49,508 nucleotides of DNA from Terriglobales bacterium (GCA_049698855.1 JBAVYO010000234.1:1-49508); one strand, 5' to 3'. Counted from the stretch's first letter, positions 25,471 to 37,665 are shown. Numbers and translations: made by a program. Notes: generated from the letters alone by a model not told the origin.

Positions 25471-26553
25471 TTACGACCTCTCTCCGTACCCTAGCTGCCC
25501 AGCGCCGCCAGCTGCAACACGGCTACGCACTAACTCCGCCAGCGCCGCCGTCAACATCTTCGAGCCGTTCAGCGATTCGGCTCGCCATAGGCGCATGCCT
25601 TGTTTTTCTACGAACTGTTTGAAGAAGATGTCGATGTCGTAGAGCACTTCCACGTGATCGCAGAGGAAGCCTACGGGGTGAATGAACACTCCGCGGTGGC
25701 CTTTGGTTTTGAGGCCCAGAATTGTTTCTTCAACCGTCGGCCCAATCCACTGGCCTCCGGACATGCCCTGGCTTTGGAAGGCGAAGGTCCATGCATCATC
25801 TTTGAGTCCGGCCGCTTTCGCTACCAGTTCGGCGGTTTCTTTGGACTGGGCTTCGTAGGGATCGCCTTCGGTGATGGTGCGCGCGGGCACGCTATGCGCG
25901 GTGAAGATGATGGGCAGTGTGCCGGACAGAGTTCCGGACAAAGTGCCGGACGTAGTGCCGGAAAACGTTCCGCCGTATTCGGCATTGGCTTTCGCCCATC
26001 CGGCACGCAGGTTTTCGGCGAAGGCCTTGGCCAGAAGAGGCTGGTCATGCCACTCGTCCACGAAATCGAGTTCGAAGTGCGCGTCGTCGTTGCCAGTCAA
26101 TTCGGTGCCAGTCACGGCGCTGCGATAGAGGCCGACGCTGGTGCGGGAATTTTGCGGGGCGAGGCAGATGGCGATCACTCGCTCGAATTTTTGCGCGGCG
26201 ATGGCTTTGACTGCATCAGCGATGAACGGCTTCCAGTTGCGCATGCCGACGAAGACGGGCAGTTTCAGCTCCTGCGAAAGCTGGTCGGCTTGCAAAAGCG
26301 TCCAGCAGGCGAGCGGCGAAAATCCGATCAGCGAATAGCGATGGCGGATTTCTTCAACGACCTGCGGCGGGAGCGGACGGCCTCCGGTGACGTAGCGAAG
26401 GTACTCTGGAATCTGGTCGGGATTATCGGGAGTGCCGTGGGCGAGGAGAAGGACGGCGGTTTTGGTGGCGATCGCTGCAGGCGCGGGTGGAAACGCGTTG
26501 ATTTGGTTCGCGCAATAACAGGCCCCGGCCAAGCCCAGCGGACAGGCGGTCAT
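25471..26553 (-). CDS. hemH: Ferrochelatase (HemH/CpfC)
   Basis: 'TAVLLLAHGTPDNPDQIPEYLRYVTGGRPLP...IRHRYSLIG.SPL', 'FVGMRNWKPFI', 'IIFTAHSVP', 'CDHVEVLYDID'. Its start overlaps the hemE stop (ATGA). Confidence 0.9.
   Translation of the reverse strand: MTACPLGLAGACYCANQINAFPPAPAAIATKTAVLLLAHGTPDNPDQIPEYLRYVTGGRPLPPQVVEEIRHRYSLIGFSPLACWTLLQADQLSQELKLPVFVGMRNWKPFIADAVKAIAAQKFERVIAICLAPQNSRTSVGLYRSAVTGTELTGNDDAHFELDFVDEWHDQPLLAKAFAENLRAGWAKANAEYGGTFSGTTSGTLSGTLSGTLPIIFTAHSVPARTITEGDPYEAQSKETAELVAKAAGLKDDAWTFAFQSQGMSGGQWIGPTVEETILGLKTKGHRGVFIHPVGFLCDHVEVLYDIDIFFKQFVEKQGMRLWRAESLNGSKMLTAALAELVRSRVAAGGAGQLGYGERS
25915..25974. repeat. In-frame 12-nt tandem repeat (4 good units plus 1 degenerate) inside hemH, encoding (SGT[TL])n
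   Basis: Plus-strand units are cagtgtgccgga / cagagttccgga / caaagtgccgga / cgtagtgccgga / aaacgttccgcc. The protein reads 'GGTFSGTTSGTLSGTLSGTL', directly before 'PIIFTAHSVP'. Confidence 0.85.
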
Positions 26554-27623
26554 TGCTTATGCTCCGATTTCTTGAGGTCTTCCGCTTTGAACTCCGCCGA
26601 ATGTTCACGGACATATGCGCACAGGCTCTTCACGTTCTCCACCGGAGTTTCCTGAAGGATGCCGTGGCCTAGATTGAAGATGTGGCCGGGGCGTCCGGCA
26701 GCCTGGCGAAGAATTTCTTCGGCGCGCGATTTGATTTCTTTCCAGTCGGCGAACAGGAGCACGGGATCGAGATTGCCTTGCACGGCTCCTTTGTTGCCGA
26801 GCGCTTGCCAGCCGGTATCGAGGGGAATGCGCCAGTCGAGGCCGATGACTTCCGCTCCCGTTTCCTGCATCGACGGCAGGAGCGTGGAGCTATCGGTGCC
26901 GAAATAAATGATGGGCACGCCGGTCTTCTGCAGGCGCTTCACGAGCGTTGTAACGTGCGGCAATACATAGCGGCGATAATCTTCCACGCTCAGGCAGCCA
27001 ACCCAGCTATCGAAAATCTGGATGGTGTCGGCTCCGGCGCGAACCTGCTCCGCGGAATATTCGGCGGTGACGGAGACGAGCTTGGTCATCAACTCGTTCC
27101 AAACGGCGGGCGCGGAGTACATCATCTTTTTTGTGTGCAGGTAATTACGCGAGCCTCCACCTTCAATCATGTAGCTGGCGAGGGTGAAGGGCGCGCCGCA
27201 AAAGCCAATCATCGGCAGGCTATCGCCGAAATGCTTGCAGACCAGTTTGATGGCTTCGGAAACATAACCGAGCTCGGCGGCGCGGTCGGTGCGAAGATGC
27301 GTAACGTCTTCGGCGGTGCGAATTGGCTTCTCGATTTTGGGGCCTTCTCCCGCAGCGAAATGAAAGGGCAGGCCCATGACTTCGAGAGGGAGAAGAAGAT
27401 CGGCGAAGATGATCGCGGAATCGACCTTCAGGATTTCGGCGGCCTCAATGGTGACTTGCGCCGCGACCTTGGGCTTCTTGCAGATTTCAATCAGCGAATA
27501 TTGCTTGCGAATGGCGCGGTACTCAGCCATGTAGCGTCCCGCCTGACGCATGAGCCAGATCGGAGTGCGTTCCGTGGGTTGGGCCTTACAGGCGCGGACA
27601 AAGAGAGAGTTAGGAGCGGACAT
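26550..27623 (-). CDS. hemE: Uroporphyrinogen decarboxylase
   Basis: 'ERTPIWLMRQAGRYMAEYR' N-terminal signature, 'GAPFTLASYMIEGG', 'NLGHGI'. Confidence 0.92.
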   Translation of the reverse strand: MSAPNSLFVRACKAQPTERTPIWLMRQAGRYMAEYRAIRKQYSLIEICKKPKVAAQVTIEAAEILKVDSAIIFADLLLPLEVMGLPFHFAAGEGPKIEKPIRTAEDVTHLRTDRAAELGYVSEAIKLVCKHFGDSLPMIGFCGAPFTLASYMIEGGGSRNYLHTKKMMYSAPAVWNELMTKLVSVTAEYSAEQVRAGADTIQIFDSWVGCLSVEDYRRYVLPHVTTLVKRLQKTGVPIIYFGTDSSTLLPSMQETGAEVIGLDWRIPLDTGWQALGNKGAVQGNLDPVLLFADWKEIKSRAEEILRQAAGRPGHIFNLGHGILQETPVENVKSLCAYVREHSAEFKAEDLKKSEHKQ

Positions 27624-27883
27624 GGACCATCCAATTTAGCATTTTCGAGCGCGAGACGGCGGAGGCCGTCGCTCGCGTAAAACTTTTCCATTGTCGCGTC
27701 CAGAGTGAACAGCCGCATGTGATGGCCGTCACGCTGGACACTGACGAGGGAACACGGAGTATCTTAAAGCTTGGAAACAAGAGTTAGCGAAATTCCGATT
27801 AGGGGTCGAAGAAGGGCAAGCCATAGGGCCGCAAACGCAGGGCCAAGTGGCCCTCAATTGGAGTTTGCTCAGGGGAACGAGCC

Positions 27884-28231
27884 GTGGGCGTCGTTATCTT
27901 CTATGTGCTTTTCGTTGTTGCTTTGCTGATTTGCACGCCTCGATCGCAGCGTGTCCTGGCCCTCACAACCATGGCCGCCGTCGGGGCCGCGATCTGGCTG
28001 GCGGTGAGGATTAATCTTCACAGCATTCTCGGGAGTTTTGTTGGCGCGGTGGTCGCGCTCTTCTGGGAGTTTCGCTACGAGTTGTTGCTGATCCTGGCGG
28101 CGGTAGTCGTGCTCATTGTGCCAATTTTGATGATTTACGTTGGGCTTTCCGATCGGCTTCGCGCCGGAGCGACCGCGCAAAAGAGAAGACATCCGATTGA
28201 GTCAATCCCGCATACGCGGGAAAAGAAGTGA
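27884..28231 (+). CDS. Hypothetical small membrane protein (GTG start)
   Basis: Three or four hydrophobic helices. It has no recognisable family and a weak RBS. Confidence 0.35.
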   Translation: MGVVIFYVLFVVALLICTPRSQRVLALTTMAAVGAAIWLAVRINLHSILGSFVGAVVALFWEFRYELLLILAAVVVLIVPILMIYVGLSDRLRAGATAQKRRHPIESIPHTREKK

Positions 28232-28449
28232 AACATAACATAATAAGGACGGTGCGGAACTCGGGAATTCGCCGGCCAATTTACACGAGCTTAATGTCTA
28301 TTTTTTTTGTGGGCTTTTACAGGACTTTACGCTACGCCGCGGATGAATAAGCCATAATAGTCGATTGGTGCTTCCAGTATGGACGTTAGTGCCGGAAGGC
28401 TCCACAATTTTTTGAGAGAAAAGAAACAGCCAATTCGTCTAATCCTACG

Positions 28450-29733
28450 ATGACCGACCAAGTGAGTCGCACGCCGCTTCCGCCCGATCTGCCACCATCC
28501 AACCGTGAATCCGCAATCGCGGAGCCCAAGCCCAAGCGCCGCGCGTGGATATGGATCATTGTGCTGCTCATCTTCGGGCTGGTGTTTTGGTGGGTGGTGA
28601 CGCGCAGTAATGCCCCGTCGGCGGCGCCAACGGGACGGGGTGCTCTTGGCGGCCCGGTTACGGCTTCCACCGCCAAGGCATCCAAGGGTGACATCGGAGT
28701 CTATCTCAATGCGATTGGCACAGTGACGCCCGTCTATACCGATTCGATTGTGAGTCAGGTCACGGGACAGGTTGTGAAGGTGCATTACCGCGAGGGCCAA
28801 TTGGTGCGGACCGGCGATCCATTGGTGGATATAGACCCGCGTCCGTATGAAGCGACTTTGAAGCAGGCTGAGGGCACCCTGGAGCGCGATACCCATCTGT
28901 TGGAGCAGGCTCAGATGGATTTGGAACGCTATCAGGCTGCGTGGGCCCGGAATGCGATTGCGAAACAGCAATTGGACGATCAGGAAAAGCTGGTGCTGCA
29001 AGACCAAGGCACGGTGAAGAACGACCAGGGCTCGGTGGATTATGACCGCGTGCAGGTTGGATTCTGCCACATCGTCTCTCCCATCACCGGCCGAGTCGGT
29101 CTGCGGCTGGTGGATCCGGGGAATGTGGTGACCGCTGGCGCCGGCACGACTTTGGCTGTGCTTACGCAACTTCAGCCCATCACGATTGTCTTCACGATTT
29201 CGGAAGACAATTTGCAACAGGTGATCGGTCAGATGCGCAAGACGCCATCGCTCACGGTGCAGGCTATGGATCGCGCGCAGTCGAAGATGATTGCCAGTGG
29301 CAAGCTTCTGACGACCGATAACCTGATCGACACCACGACCGGCACGGTAAAGATGCGCGCCGTGTTCGACAACAAGAACAATGCGTTATTTCCCAATCAG
29401 TTTGTGAACACGCGGTTGCTGGTGAACACGCTGCACGATGTGACCCTGGTGGACTCGTCTGCGATTCAGCACAACGGAACCCAAGCCTACGTGTGGGTGA
29501 TCCAGAACGGTGCGGCGCAACAACGCAACATAACCACTGGAGTCACCGACATCGGTGTAACGGAAGTAAACGGCTTGAATCCCGACGAGGTGGTTGCCGA
29601 CAGCAGCTTTGAAAAGATGCAGAATGGCTCCAAGGTGAATGTAGTGCAGCCGACAGGGCAGCGCTCGCAGCAACAGCAACAGCAGCCGCAAAACGCTCCG
29701 CAAGGCGGGCAACCGGAGAAGAAAACGCCTTGA
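28450..29733 (+). CDS. mdtA: MdtA/MuxA-type RND efflux periplasmic adaptor
   Basis: '[56 protein letters not shown]', '[20 protein letters not shown]'. It is followed by two tandem RND permeases. Confidence 0.8.
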   Translation: MTDQVSRTPLPPDLPPSNRESAIAEPKPKRRAWIWIIVLLIFGLVFWWVVTRSNAPSAAPTGRGALGGPVTASTAKASKGDIGVYLNAIGTVTPVYTDSIVSQVTGQVVKVHYREGQLVRTGDPLVDIDPRPYEATLKQAEGTLERDTHLLEQAQMDLERYQAAWARNAIAKQQLDDQEKLVLQDQGTVKNDQGSVDYDRVQVGFCHIVSPITGRVGLRLVDPGNVVTAGAGTTLAVLTQLQPITIVFTISEDNLQQVIGQMRKTPSLTVQAMDRAQSKMIASGKLLTTDNLIDTTTGTVKMRAVFDNKNNALFPNQFVNTRLLVNTLHDVTLVDSSAIQHNGTQAYVWVIQNGAAQQRNITTGVTDIGVTEVNGLNPDEVVADSSFEKMQNGSKVNVVQPTGQRSQQQQQQPQNAPQGGQPEKKTP

Positions 29734-32700
29734 GCCCATCTCGGCCATTCATTCTGCGGCCGGTCGCAACCTCGTTGCTGATGGCTGCGATCATGCTGGC
29801 GGGCATTGTCTCCTACAAACAGCTGCCGGTCTCCGCCCTGCCGCAGGTTGACTACCCTACCATTCAGGTTCTGACGTTTTATCCGGGCGCGAGCCCCGAC
29901 GTATCGGCCACGACGGTGACTGCTCCATTGGAACGGCAGTTCGGCCAGTTACAGGGCTTGAGCCAGATGACTTCGACCAGCGCCGGAGGAGTGTCGGTGG
30001 TGGTGCTGCAATTCGTGCTCACGCTGCCCATTGATGTTGCCGAGGAAGAAGTGCAATCGGCCATCAATGCGGCGCAGAGTCTTCTGCCTTCCAACTTGCC
30101 CGCGCCGCCGATTTACAGCAAAACAAATCCGGCCGATGCACCGGTGCTGACGCTCGCTATTACGTCCGACATAATTCCGCTTTCCAAGGTGGAAGACCTG
30201 GTGGATACGCGGCTGGCGCCGAAAATTTCCCAGCTCAGCGGTGTGGGGTTGGTAACCATCAGTGGGGGCCAAAAGCCGGCGGTCCGCATCCAGGCGAATC
30301 CGGTGGCTTTGGCGTCGTACGGCGTTGATTTGGAGGCGCTACGCACCGCCCTGACTCAGACCAGCATCAACGCGGCCAAAGGCAACTTCGATGGACCTCG
30401 GCAGGATTACCAGATCGACGCTAATGACCAGCTCGTGACCAGCGGAGATTATCGCGATGTGGTCGTGGCGTACCGCAATGGCGCGCCAGTTTTCCTGCAC
30501 AACGTTGCGAGGGTTGTCGACGGCGCGGAAAACTCGAATCAGGCCGCGTGGATGAATCAAACGCCCGCCGTTATTCTTAACATCCAAAGGCAACCGGGCG
30601 CGAACACCATCACAGTTGTCACAAGCATTCAGAAGCTGCTTCCGCAGCTCGAGGCCAATCTTCCGGCAGGCATCCAGGTCACGAAGCTCACCGATTTGAC
30701 GACGAGCATTCAATCGTCGGTACACGATGTGGAATTTGAATTGATGCTGACGGTCGGATTGGTTGTGCTTGTCATTTTCCTGTTCTTGCGCAGTTGGAAA
30801 GCAACGATTATTCCGAGCGTGGCCGTTCCGTTATCGCTGGTGGGGACGCTGGCGGTGATGTACGTACTGGGCTACAGCCTGGACAATCTGTCGCTGATGG
30901 CGCTGACCATTTCCACCGGCTTCGTGGTGGATGACGCCATCGTGATGATTGAAAACATCTCGCGCTTTCTGGAAGAAGGCGACCGCCCCATGCAGGCGGC
31001 GCTCAAGGGAGCGGAACAAATCGGCTTCACGATTGTTTCACTGACCGTTTCACTCATTGCCGTGCTCATTCCGCTTCTTTTCATGGGAGACGTGGTGGGG
31101 CGGCTTTTCCGCGAATTTGCGGTGACGCTGGCAGTGACGATCGTGATCTCCGCGGTCGTTTCGCTGACGCTCACGCCGATGATGTGCGCGCGCATCCTGA
31201 AACACACGCCGGACTCGCAGCAAGGAAAGTTCTACCGCTGGTCGGAGAGTGTGTTCGATCGGATGATCGCCTTCTACGGACGCACGCTCAAAGTCGTGTT
31301 GCGCTATCAAACGATCACTCTGCTGGTCGCTCTGGCTACGCTGGTTCTCACCATCGTGCTCTACATCGTAATTCCCAAGGGATTTTTTCCGGTGCAGGAT
31401 ACGGGCGTGATCCAGGGCATTTCGCAAGCGCCGGAAACGGTTTCTTTCGCGGCGATGAGCGAAAAGCAGCAGGAAGTAGCAAAACTGATCCTCGCAGATC
31501 CGGCTGTAGAAAGCCTTTCATCGTTTATCGGCGTGGACGGCACGAACACGACCCTGAACTCGGGCCGTTTCTCGATCAACCTGAAGCCACTGAGTGATCG
31601 CGGCCTGAGCGCGTCCGACGTGATTCGGCGCCTGCAGCCAAAAATTCACGATCAGGTACAGAACTTCCAAATCTACATGCAGCCGGTTCAGGACATCACG
31701 GTGGATGACCGTGTGAGCCGCACGCAATATCAGTACACGCTCGAAGATCCGGATGTGAATGAGCTGAATCAATGGACCGATAAATTCCTGTCGAAAATGA
31801 AAGCGATGCCGGAACTGGAAGACCTGGCAACCGATCAGCAGACTGGTGGCCTCGCCGTCTCGCTGAACATCGATCGCGTGACGGCTTCGCGCTTGGGCAT
31901 TGCAACGGCAACCATCGACAACGCGCTCTACGACGCGTTCGGTCAGCGGCAAATCAGCACGATGTACACGCAGCTCAACCAGTACCACGTAATTCTGGAG
32001 GCGCTGCCCTCATTCCAAACCAGTCCCGATAAATTGCAGTCTGTTTTTCTTCAGGCGAATGCCTCTTCGGCCGCGGTTGGCTCGGGCGCAGCCACTTCGT
32101 TTTCGTCATCGAGTTCCGCATCGGCCGGTTCGAATGCGGTGACTGAATCCGCGCAGTACACGCCGACGCCGAGCCAATCTGTGCTCGCTCCGCTGCAAAC
32201 CGCCCTTGCAAACACGACCGTCGCCTCAAACGTCAGTAGCAGTTCGCTGCCGTCAAATGCCGTGCCTCTGGATGCTTTCACACATCTGTCATTGATCCGC
32301 GAGCCGCTGACCGTGACTCATCAGGGACAATTTCCCGCCGTAACAATCTCCTTCAATCTTTCGCCCAAAGCCTCGCTGGGTACGGCGATCAGCAAGATCG
32401 ACAAAATGGCTCAGGACTTCACGCCGCCGCCGAGCCTGCAGGCGGACTTCCAGGGAACGGCAGCGTCGTTTCGCAATTCACTCTCGAATGAATCACTGCT
32501 GATTCTCGCCGCATTGGTTACGGTGTACATCGTGCTGGGTGTTTTGTATGAGAGCTTCATCCACCCGATTACGATTCTCTCCACACTGCCTTCCGCCGGT
32601 GTGGGCGCGTTGCTGGCGCTCATGTTGTTCGGGCAGGATCTCAGCGTGGTGGCCATCATCGGCATCATCCTTTTGATCGGCATTGTCAAAAAGAATGGCA

Positions 32701-33038
32701 TCATGATCGTGGACTTCGCGCTGGAAGCCGAGCGTAAACACGGCAAGAATTCCACCGACGCTATCTACGAGGCGAGCCTTCTGCGCTTCCGCCCCATCAT
32801 GATGACGACAATGGCGGCGCTGCTCGGCGGATTGCCGCTTGCCTTCGGAAGCGGATTAGGATCGGAGTTGCGCCGTCCGCTCGGCATCGCCATGGTGGGA
32901 GGGTTGCTGTTGAGCCAGGTGCTCACGCTCTACACCACGCCGGTCATCTATATCTTCTTCGACAAGATTGCGCAGCGGTTCTCGCATGGCGCAAGCCATG
33001 ACGGTAGCGAGAGCGCGCCGGCGCCCGAGGGAGCATGA
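29730..33038 (+). CDS. mdtB: MdtB-type RND multidrug efflux permease
   Basis: The N-terminus is collinear with my recollection of E. coli MdtB: '[64 protein letters not shown]'. It also has '[16 protein letters not shown]' and '[19 protein letters not shown]'. Confidence 0.88.
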   Translation: MSPSRPFILRPVATSLLMAAIMLAGIVSYKQLPVSALPQVDYPTIQVLTFYPGASPDVSATTVTAPLERQFGQLQGLSQMTSTSAGGVSVVVLQFVLTLPIDVAEEEVQSAINAAQSLLPSNLPAPPIYSKTNPADAPVLTLAITSDIIPLSKVEDLVDTRLAPKISQLSGVGLVTISGGQKPAVRIQANPVALASYGVDLEALRTALTQTSINAAKGNFDGPRQDYQIDANDQLVTSGDYRDVVVAYRNGAPVFLHNVARVVDGAENSNQAAWMNQTPAVILNIQRQPGANTITVVTSIQKLLPQLEANLPAGIQVTKLTDLTTSIQSSVHDVEFELMLTVGLVVLVIFLFLRSWKATIIPSVAVPLSLVGTLAVMYVLGYSLDNLSLMALTISTGFVVDDAIVMIENISRFLEEGDRPMQAALKGAEQIGFTIVSLTVSLIAVLIPLLFMGDVVGRLFREFAVTLAVTIVISAVVSLTLTPMMCARILKHTPDSQQGKFYRWSESVFDRMIAFYGRTLKVVLRYQTITLLVALATLVLTIVLYIVIPKGFFPVQDTGVIQGISQAPETVSFAAMSEKQQEVAKLILADPAVESLSSFIGVDGTNTTLNSGRFSINLKPLSDRGLSASDVIRRLQPKIHDQVQNFQIYMQPVQDITVDDRVSRTQYQYTLEDPDVNELNQWTDKFLSKMKAMPELEDLATDQQTGGLAVSLNIDRVTASRLGIATATIDNALYDAFGQRQISTMYTQLNQYHVILEALPSFQTSPDKLQSVFLQANASSAAVGSGAATSFSSSSSASAGSNAVTESAQYTPTPSQSVLAPLQTALANTTVASNVSSSSLPSNAVPLDAFTHLSLIREPLTVTHQGQFPAVTISFNLSPKASLGTAISKIDKMAQDFTPPPSLQADFQGTAASFRNSLSNESLLILAALVTVYIVLGVLYESFIHPITILSTLPSAGVGALLALMLFGQDLSVVAIIGIILLIGIVKKNGIMIVDFALEAERKHGKNSTDAIYEASLLRFRPIMMTTMAALLGGLPLAFGSGLGSELRRPLGIAMVGGLLLSQVLTLYTTPVIYIFFDKIAQRFSHGASHDGSESAPAPEGA

Positions 33039-36000
33039 GCCTCTCGACTCCATTCATTCAGCGGCCGGTGGCAACCACGCTGCTGACGATCGCCATTGGA
33101 ATCGCGGGCGCGATCGCCTACACCGTGCTGCCGGCGTCGCCTTTGCCGCAGGTCGATTTCCCGACCATCAATATCAATGCCGGACTGCCGGGTGCGAGCG
33201 CCGAGATTATGGCGTCATCGGTCGCGACGCCGCTGGAACGGCAACTGGGCCACATCGCCGGCATCACGGAAATGACGTCGTCCAGTTCGCTGGGCAGCAC
33301 AAACATCACGATTCAGTTCGATCTAAGCCGCAATATTGACGGAGCCGCTCGCGACGTGGAGGCAGCCATCAATGCGGCCCGAACTTATCTGCCCGCCAAC
33401 CTCCCGTCCAATCCCACATACCGCAAGGTGAATCCGGCGGACGCGCCCATCATGATTCTCGCCCTGACCTCGGATGTCTATAACAAGGGCCAAATGTACG
33501 ATGCTGCATCGACGGTGCTGGCGCAGCGCGTCTCGCAACTCGCCGGTGTGGGTCAGGTAGCCGTTGGCGGGGCGTCGTCGCCAGCAGTGCGTGTGGAGTT
33601 GAACCCCACGCAGATGAACAGCTATGGCATTTCTTTTGGAGAAGTGGAAAACGCGCTGCGCCTGGATAACGCCCACATTGCTCTCGGCCAGATTGCGAAT
33701 GGCAACTCCACCGCCGACATCGTCACCAATGACCAGATGACGGTCGCAGCCGACTACAAGCCGCTGGTGGTGGGCCAGCACAACGGTACGGCGGTGCGGC
33801 TTTCCGATATTGCGAGCGTAATTGACTCGGTGCAAAACGTGCGCAACGCCGGATATATGGATGGCAAGCCGTCCGTGACGATCATCATTTTCAGGCAGCC
33901 GGGCGCGAACATCATCGACACGGTGGATCGCGTAAAGGCTGCGATCCCGTCTTTGAAAGCATCGATTCCGTCCGCTATCGAGATCGTAAACGTATTTGAC
34001 CGGACGACCACAATCCGCGCCAGCCTGGGCGACGTGGAGCGGTCTCTGGTTTTGTCCGTGGTCCTGGTTGTGCTAGTTGTGTTTGTCTTCCTCCGCAACT
34101 TCCGCGCCACGTTGATCCCGAGCGTCGCTGTCCCTGTCTCGCTGGTTGGCACCTTTGCCGTGATGTACCTGTGTGGCTACAGCCTGGACAATCTTTCGTT
34201 GATGGCGCTGACCATCTCGACCGGGTTTGTGGTGGATGACGCCATCGTAGTCATGGAGAACATTTCCCGTCACCTGGAAGCGGGCATGGAGCCGATGGCA
34301 GCGGCTTTGCTGGGAGCGCGCGAAATCGGATTTACCGTGTTCTCCATCAGCGTCTCGCTTATTGCCGTCTTTATTCCGATTTTGCTGATGGGTGGAATTG
34401 TGGGGCGCTTATTCCGTGAATTTGCGGTTACGCTATCCACCGCAATTCTGGTTTCCATGGTGATCTCGCTGACCACCACCCCTATGATGTGCGCTCACCT
34501 GCTGAAGACGCATGGCGGCGAGGAACAGCACGGCAGGCTCTATCGTCTCAACGAAAGTGCGTTCAACTGGGTACTGGAGGGATATCGCCGCACGCTCCAC
34601 TGGGTGTTGGACAATTGGGTGATGGTCCTGATCGTTCTGGTGCTGGTAATCGCGCTGAACGTGGTTGTGATGATCCGGATTCCCAAGGGCTTCTTTCCCC
34701 AGCAAGATACGGGCGCGATTGTTGGCGCGGTGCAAGGCCCGCAGGATGCGTCATTCCCGCTGATGGACAACTCTGTTCTGCAACTGGTGGATGTGATCAA
34801 GGCGGATCCCGCTGTTTACCACGTGAACGCTTATACAGGTGGCGGCGCTCTGAATACAGGCTTCATCTATATTGCCCTCAAGCCTCTGAAGGACAGAAAA
34901 ATTAGTGCTGCCGACATCATTAACCGCTTGCGCCCGAAGATGGCCCGCCTGCCCGTTGCGCAAGCGTTCCTGCAGGCGGCGCAGGATATTCGCATTGGCG
35001 GGCGCGCCAGCGCAGCGTTATATCAATACACGATTCAAGCCGATAACGTGGACGACCTTAATAAGTGGGGTCCCATCCTCCTGGCCAACATGAAACGAAT
35101 TCACGGCCTACAGGACGTAAACTCGGACCAGCAAAATGGCGGCTTGCAGTCCTATGTGAGTTATGACCGAACTGCTGCCGCTCAGGTCGGCCTTACTCCT
35201 CAGCAACTCGATTCGACTTTATACAGCGCGTTCGGGCAGGAGGAAACATCCGTTATATTCAAACCGCTGAACCAGTACTATGTGATCCTGGAGGTTGCGC
35301 CGCCTTACTGGCAATCGCCCGCGGGATTGAAGAATATCTATCTCCCCAATGGCAAAGGGTCCGTGCCGCTCAACAGCGTCGCGAAATTTCAGACCAATAC
35401 GGCCCCGCTGTCGGTGGCGCACTCAGGGCTGTTTCCTTCTGTGACGGTATCGTTCAACCTTGCGGACGGTCTGGCGCTTAGCGACGCAGTGCGGATGATC
35501 TCGCAGATGGAGGAAAGACTGGGAACGCCCTCCACCATTCACGGCTACTTCGCCGGCACCTTGCAGGCGTACCAAAGTTCGTTGAGCACGGAGCCGGTGC
35601 TGATCGCGACCGCATTGCTGGCGGTCTATATTGTGCTGGGTATTCTCTATGAGAGCCTGGTGCATCCGTTGACCATCATTTCCACGCTGCCGTCGGCCAG
35701 TATCGGCGCGATGCTGGCGCTCATGATCTTTCATCAAGACCTCAACGTGATCTCTATCATCGGCATCGTGCTCTTGATTGGAATCGTGAAGAAAAATGCC
35801 ATCATGATGATTGACTTTGCCCTCCAGGCCGAACGCGAGCAGGGCATGACGACCTATGACGCCATCTTTACAGCTTGTGTGCTGCGCTTCCGGCCCATTC
35901 TGATGACTACCATGGCCGCGCTGTTTGGAGCGCTGCCGCTCGCCTTCGGCACGGGCACGGGCTCCGAGTTACGGCGGCCACTTGGACTTTCGATTGTCGG

Positions 36001-36136
36001 CGGCCTCATCGTCAGTCAGATGCTGACGCTTTACACGACTCCGGTCGTCTACTTGTTCATGGACAGGCTGCGTCTCCGCGTGCTGGGGAAAGAGCGAGAC
36101 ACGTTCGCTCCGCAATCTGAGGAGGGCATGGCATGA
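33035..36136 (+). CDS. mdtC: MdtC-type RND multidrug efflux permease
   Basis: '[101 protein letters not shown]' closely follows my recollection of MdtC. Confidence 0.88.
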   Translation: MSLSTPFIQRPVATTLLTIAIGIAGAIAYTVLPASPLPQVDFPTININAGLPGASAEIMASSVATPLERQLGHIAGITEMTSSSSLGSTNITIQFDLSRNIDGAARDVEAAINAARTYLPANLPSNPTYRKVNPADAPIMILALTSDVYNKGQMYDAASTVLAQRVSQLAGVGQVAVGGASSPAVRVELNPTQMNSYGISFGEVENALRLDNAHIALGQIANGNSTADIVTNDQMTVAADYKPLVVGQHNGTAVRLSDIASVIDSVQNVRNAGYMDGKPSVTIIIFRQPGANIIDTVDRVKAAIPSLKASIPSAIEIVNVFDRTTTIRASLGDVERSLVLSVVLVVLVVFVFLRNFRATLIPSVAVPVSLVGTFAVMYLCGYSLDNLSLMALTISTGFVVDDAIVVMENISRHLEAGMEPMAAALLGAREIGFTVFSISVSLIAVFIPILLMGGIVGRLFREFAVTLSTAILVSMVISLTTTPMMCAHLLKTHGGEEQHGRLYRLNESAFNWVLEGYRRTLHWVLDNWVMVLIVLVLVIALNVVVMIRIPKGFFPQQDTGAIVGAVQGPQDASFPLMDNSVLQLVDVIKADPAVYHVNAYTGGGALNTGFIYIALKPLKDRKISAADIINRLRPKMARLPVAQAFLQAAQDIRIGGRASAALYQYTIQADNVDDLNKWGPILLANMKRIHGLQDVNSDQQNGGLQSYVSYDRTAAAQVGLTPQQLDSTLYSAFGQEETSVIFKPLNQYYVILEVAPPYWQSPAGLKNIYLPNGKGSVPLNSVAKFQTNTAPLSVAHSGLFPSVTVSFNLADGLALSDAVRMISQMEERLGTPSTIHGYFAGTLQAYQSSLSTEPVLIATALLAVYIVLGILYESLVHPLTIISTLPSASIGAMLALMIFHQDLNVISIIGIVLLIGIVKKNAIMMIDFALQAEREQGMTTYDAIFTACVLRFRPILMTTMAALFGALPLAFGTGTGSELRRPLGLSIVGGLIVSQMLTLYTTPVVYLFMDRLRLRVLGKERDTFAPQSEEGMA

Positions 36137-37665
36137 AAGAGATGTATGTGGCGAGAACAGCACGTGTAATCGCGGCCGCAACTTTGATTTGCCTCGGCTT
36201 GACCTCCTGCGTCGTCGGCCCCAGATATCACAAACCTTCCGCATCCACGCCGAGCGCGCCGAACTATAAAGAGTCACCGGTCAATTTTCAGGATGCGGAA
36301 GGATGGAAAGTCGCGTCTCCGCAAGACCAGATGCTGCACGGTAATTGGTGGGAAGTTTTCCAGCAACCGGAACTCAACGATCTGGAAAAACAGCTGAATA
36401 TCAACAACCAGACCATTAAACAGTATTTCGAGAATTATCTTGCGGCCCGCGCGGTGATTCGCGAAACGCGCGCACAGTACTATCCCACCGCAACGATTGG
36501 AGCGGGTTTTTCGCGCACACGCACTTCGGGAACTTTGGCGCCGGGTAGCAGTGGAACGGGTGGCAACACTGGTGCGACGATTTCGGAATTCTCTCTGCCG
36601 CTGGATGTTTCCTGGGCTCCCGATTTGTTTGGCCGCGTGCGCAACGCGGTGAGAAGCGCCCAAGCCACTGCGCAGATGAGCGCAGCCGATCTTGAAAACG
36701 AGCGTCTATTGGAGCAGGCGACACTCGCCGAGACATTCTTTGAAATTCGCGGACAAGACGAGCTCCAGAGAATTCTGAACGAAACGGTCAAAGCCGACGA
36801 GGAAGTGCTGAACTCCGTGCAGGCGCAGTACGACGTTGGCACTGGCGATCAAGTATCTGTGGAGCAAGCCCGGCAAACGCTCGAAAGCGCGCGGGCGTCG
36901 GCCATCAACGTAGCGATTGCGCGGGCGCAATATGAGCACGCGATTGCCACGCTGCTCGGCAAGGCCGCGACCGACTTTTCAATGCCCATCAAACCGCTCA
37001 CCGCCGAGCCGCCGCCAATTCCAACGGGAACGCCATCGCAGCTCTTGGAACGCCGCCCGGACATCGCAGCGGCCGAGCGCCAAATGGCCGCGGCCAATGC
37101 GACGATCGGCATTGGCTACGCCGCCTTCTATCCTTCGCTTACACTGAGCGCGAGCGGAGGGCTGGCTTCTTCTGCTATCAGCAAGCTTTTCAACGCCGCC
37201 AGTCGTGAGTGGTCTGTGGGACCGTCAGTTTCAGAGACTATCTTCGACGCGGGATTGCGGCGCGCCACCATCGACCAATACATCGCGACTTACAACGCCG
37301 ATGTGGCAAGTTACCGGCAAACCGTACTCACAGCGTTTCAGCAGGTGGAAGACTATCTGGCGGCGACGCGCCTGCTCTGGCAGGAAATTCGCGAGGCCAA
37401 GGCCGCGGTCGATTCCGCGCAAAAAGCATACGACCTGGAAAAGGGACGCTATGACACCGGCATCGATCCCTATATAACCTTATTGGATACACAGACCGCG
37501 TTGTTTGCCACGCAGCAAACCCTGCTCAACCTACAGGTGCAGCAAATGACCAGCGCAGTCGAACTGGTTCAAGCTCTGGGCGGCGGTTGGGACGTTTCCC
37601 AATTGCCTTCGACGCAGCAGGTGACGCAAAAGCCTCCACAAGATCAACGAACCATCCAGCAGTAA
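36133..37665 (+). CDS. RND efflux outer membrane lipoprotein, NodT family
   Basis: Lipobox 'LGLTSC', 'WW..F.QPELNDL', two OEP repeats. The ATGA overlaps mdtC. Confidence 0.88.
   Translation: MKEMYVARTARVIAAATLICLGLTSCVVGPRYHKPSASTPSAPNYKESPVNFQDAEGWKVASPQDQMLHGNWWEVFQQPELNDLEKQLNINNQTIKQYFENYLAARAVIRETRAQYYPTATIGAGFSRTRTSGTLAPGSSGTGGNTGATISEFSLPLDVSWAPDLFGRVRNAVRSAQATAQMSAADLENERLLEQATLAETFFEIRGQDELQRILNETVKADEEVLNSVQAQYDVGTGDQVSVEQARQTLESARASAINVAIARAQYEHAIATLLGKAATDFSMPIKPLTAEPPPIPTGTPSQLLERRPDIAAAERQMAAANATIGIGYAAFYPSLTLSASGGLASSAISKLFNAASREWSVGPSVSETIFDAGLRRATIDQYIATYNADVASYRQTVLTAFQQVEDYLAATRLLWQEIREAKAAVDSAQKAYDLEKGRYDTGIDPYITLLDTQTALFATQQTLLNLQVQQMTSAVELVQALGGGWDVSQLPSTQQVTQKPPQDQRTIQQ

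Noticed and set aside
25600-27680. 351-aa and 332-aa plus-strand ORFs
   Set aside because: They are antisense shadows of hemH and hemE, with GC-rich off-frame composition.
28327-29217. 296-aa minus-strand ORF
   Set aside because: It is antisense to the well-supported mdtA-type adaptor gene.
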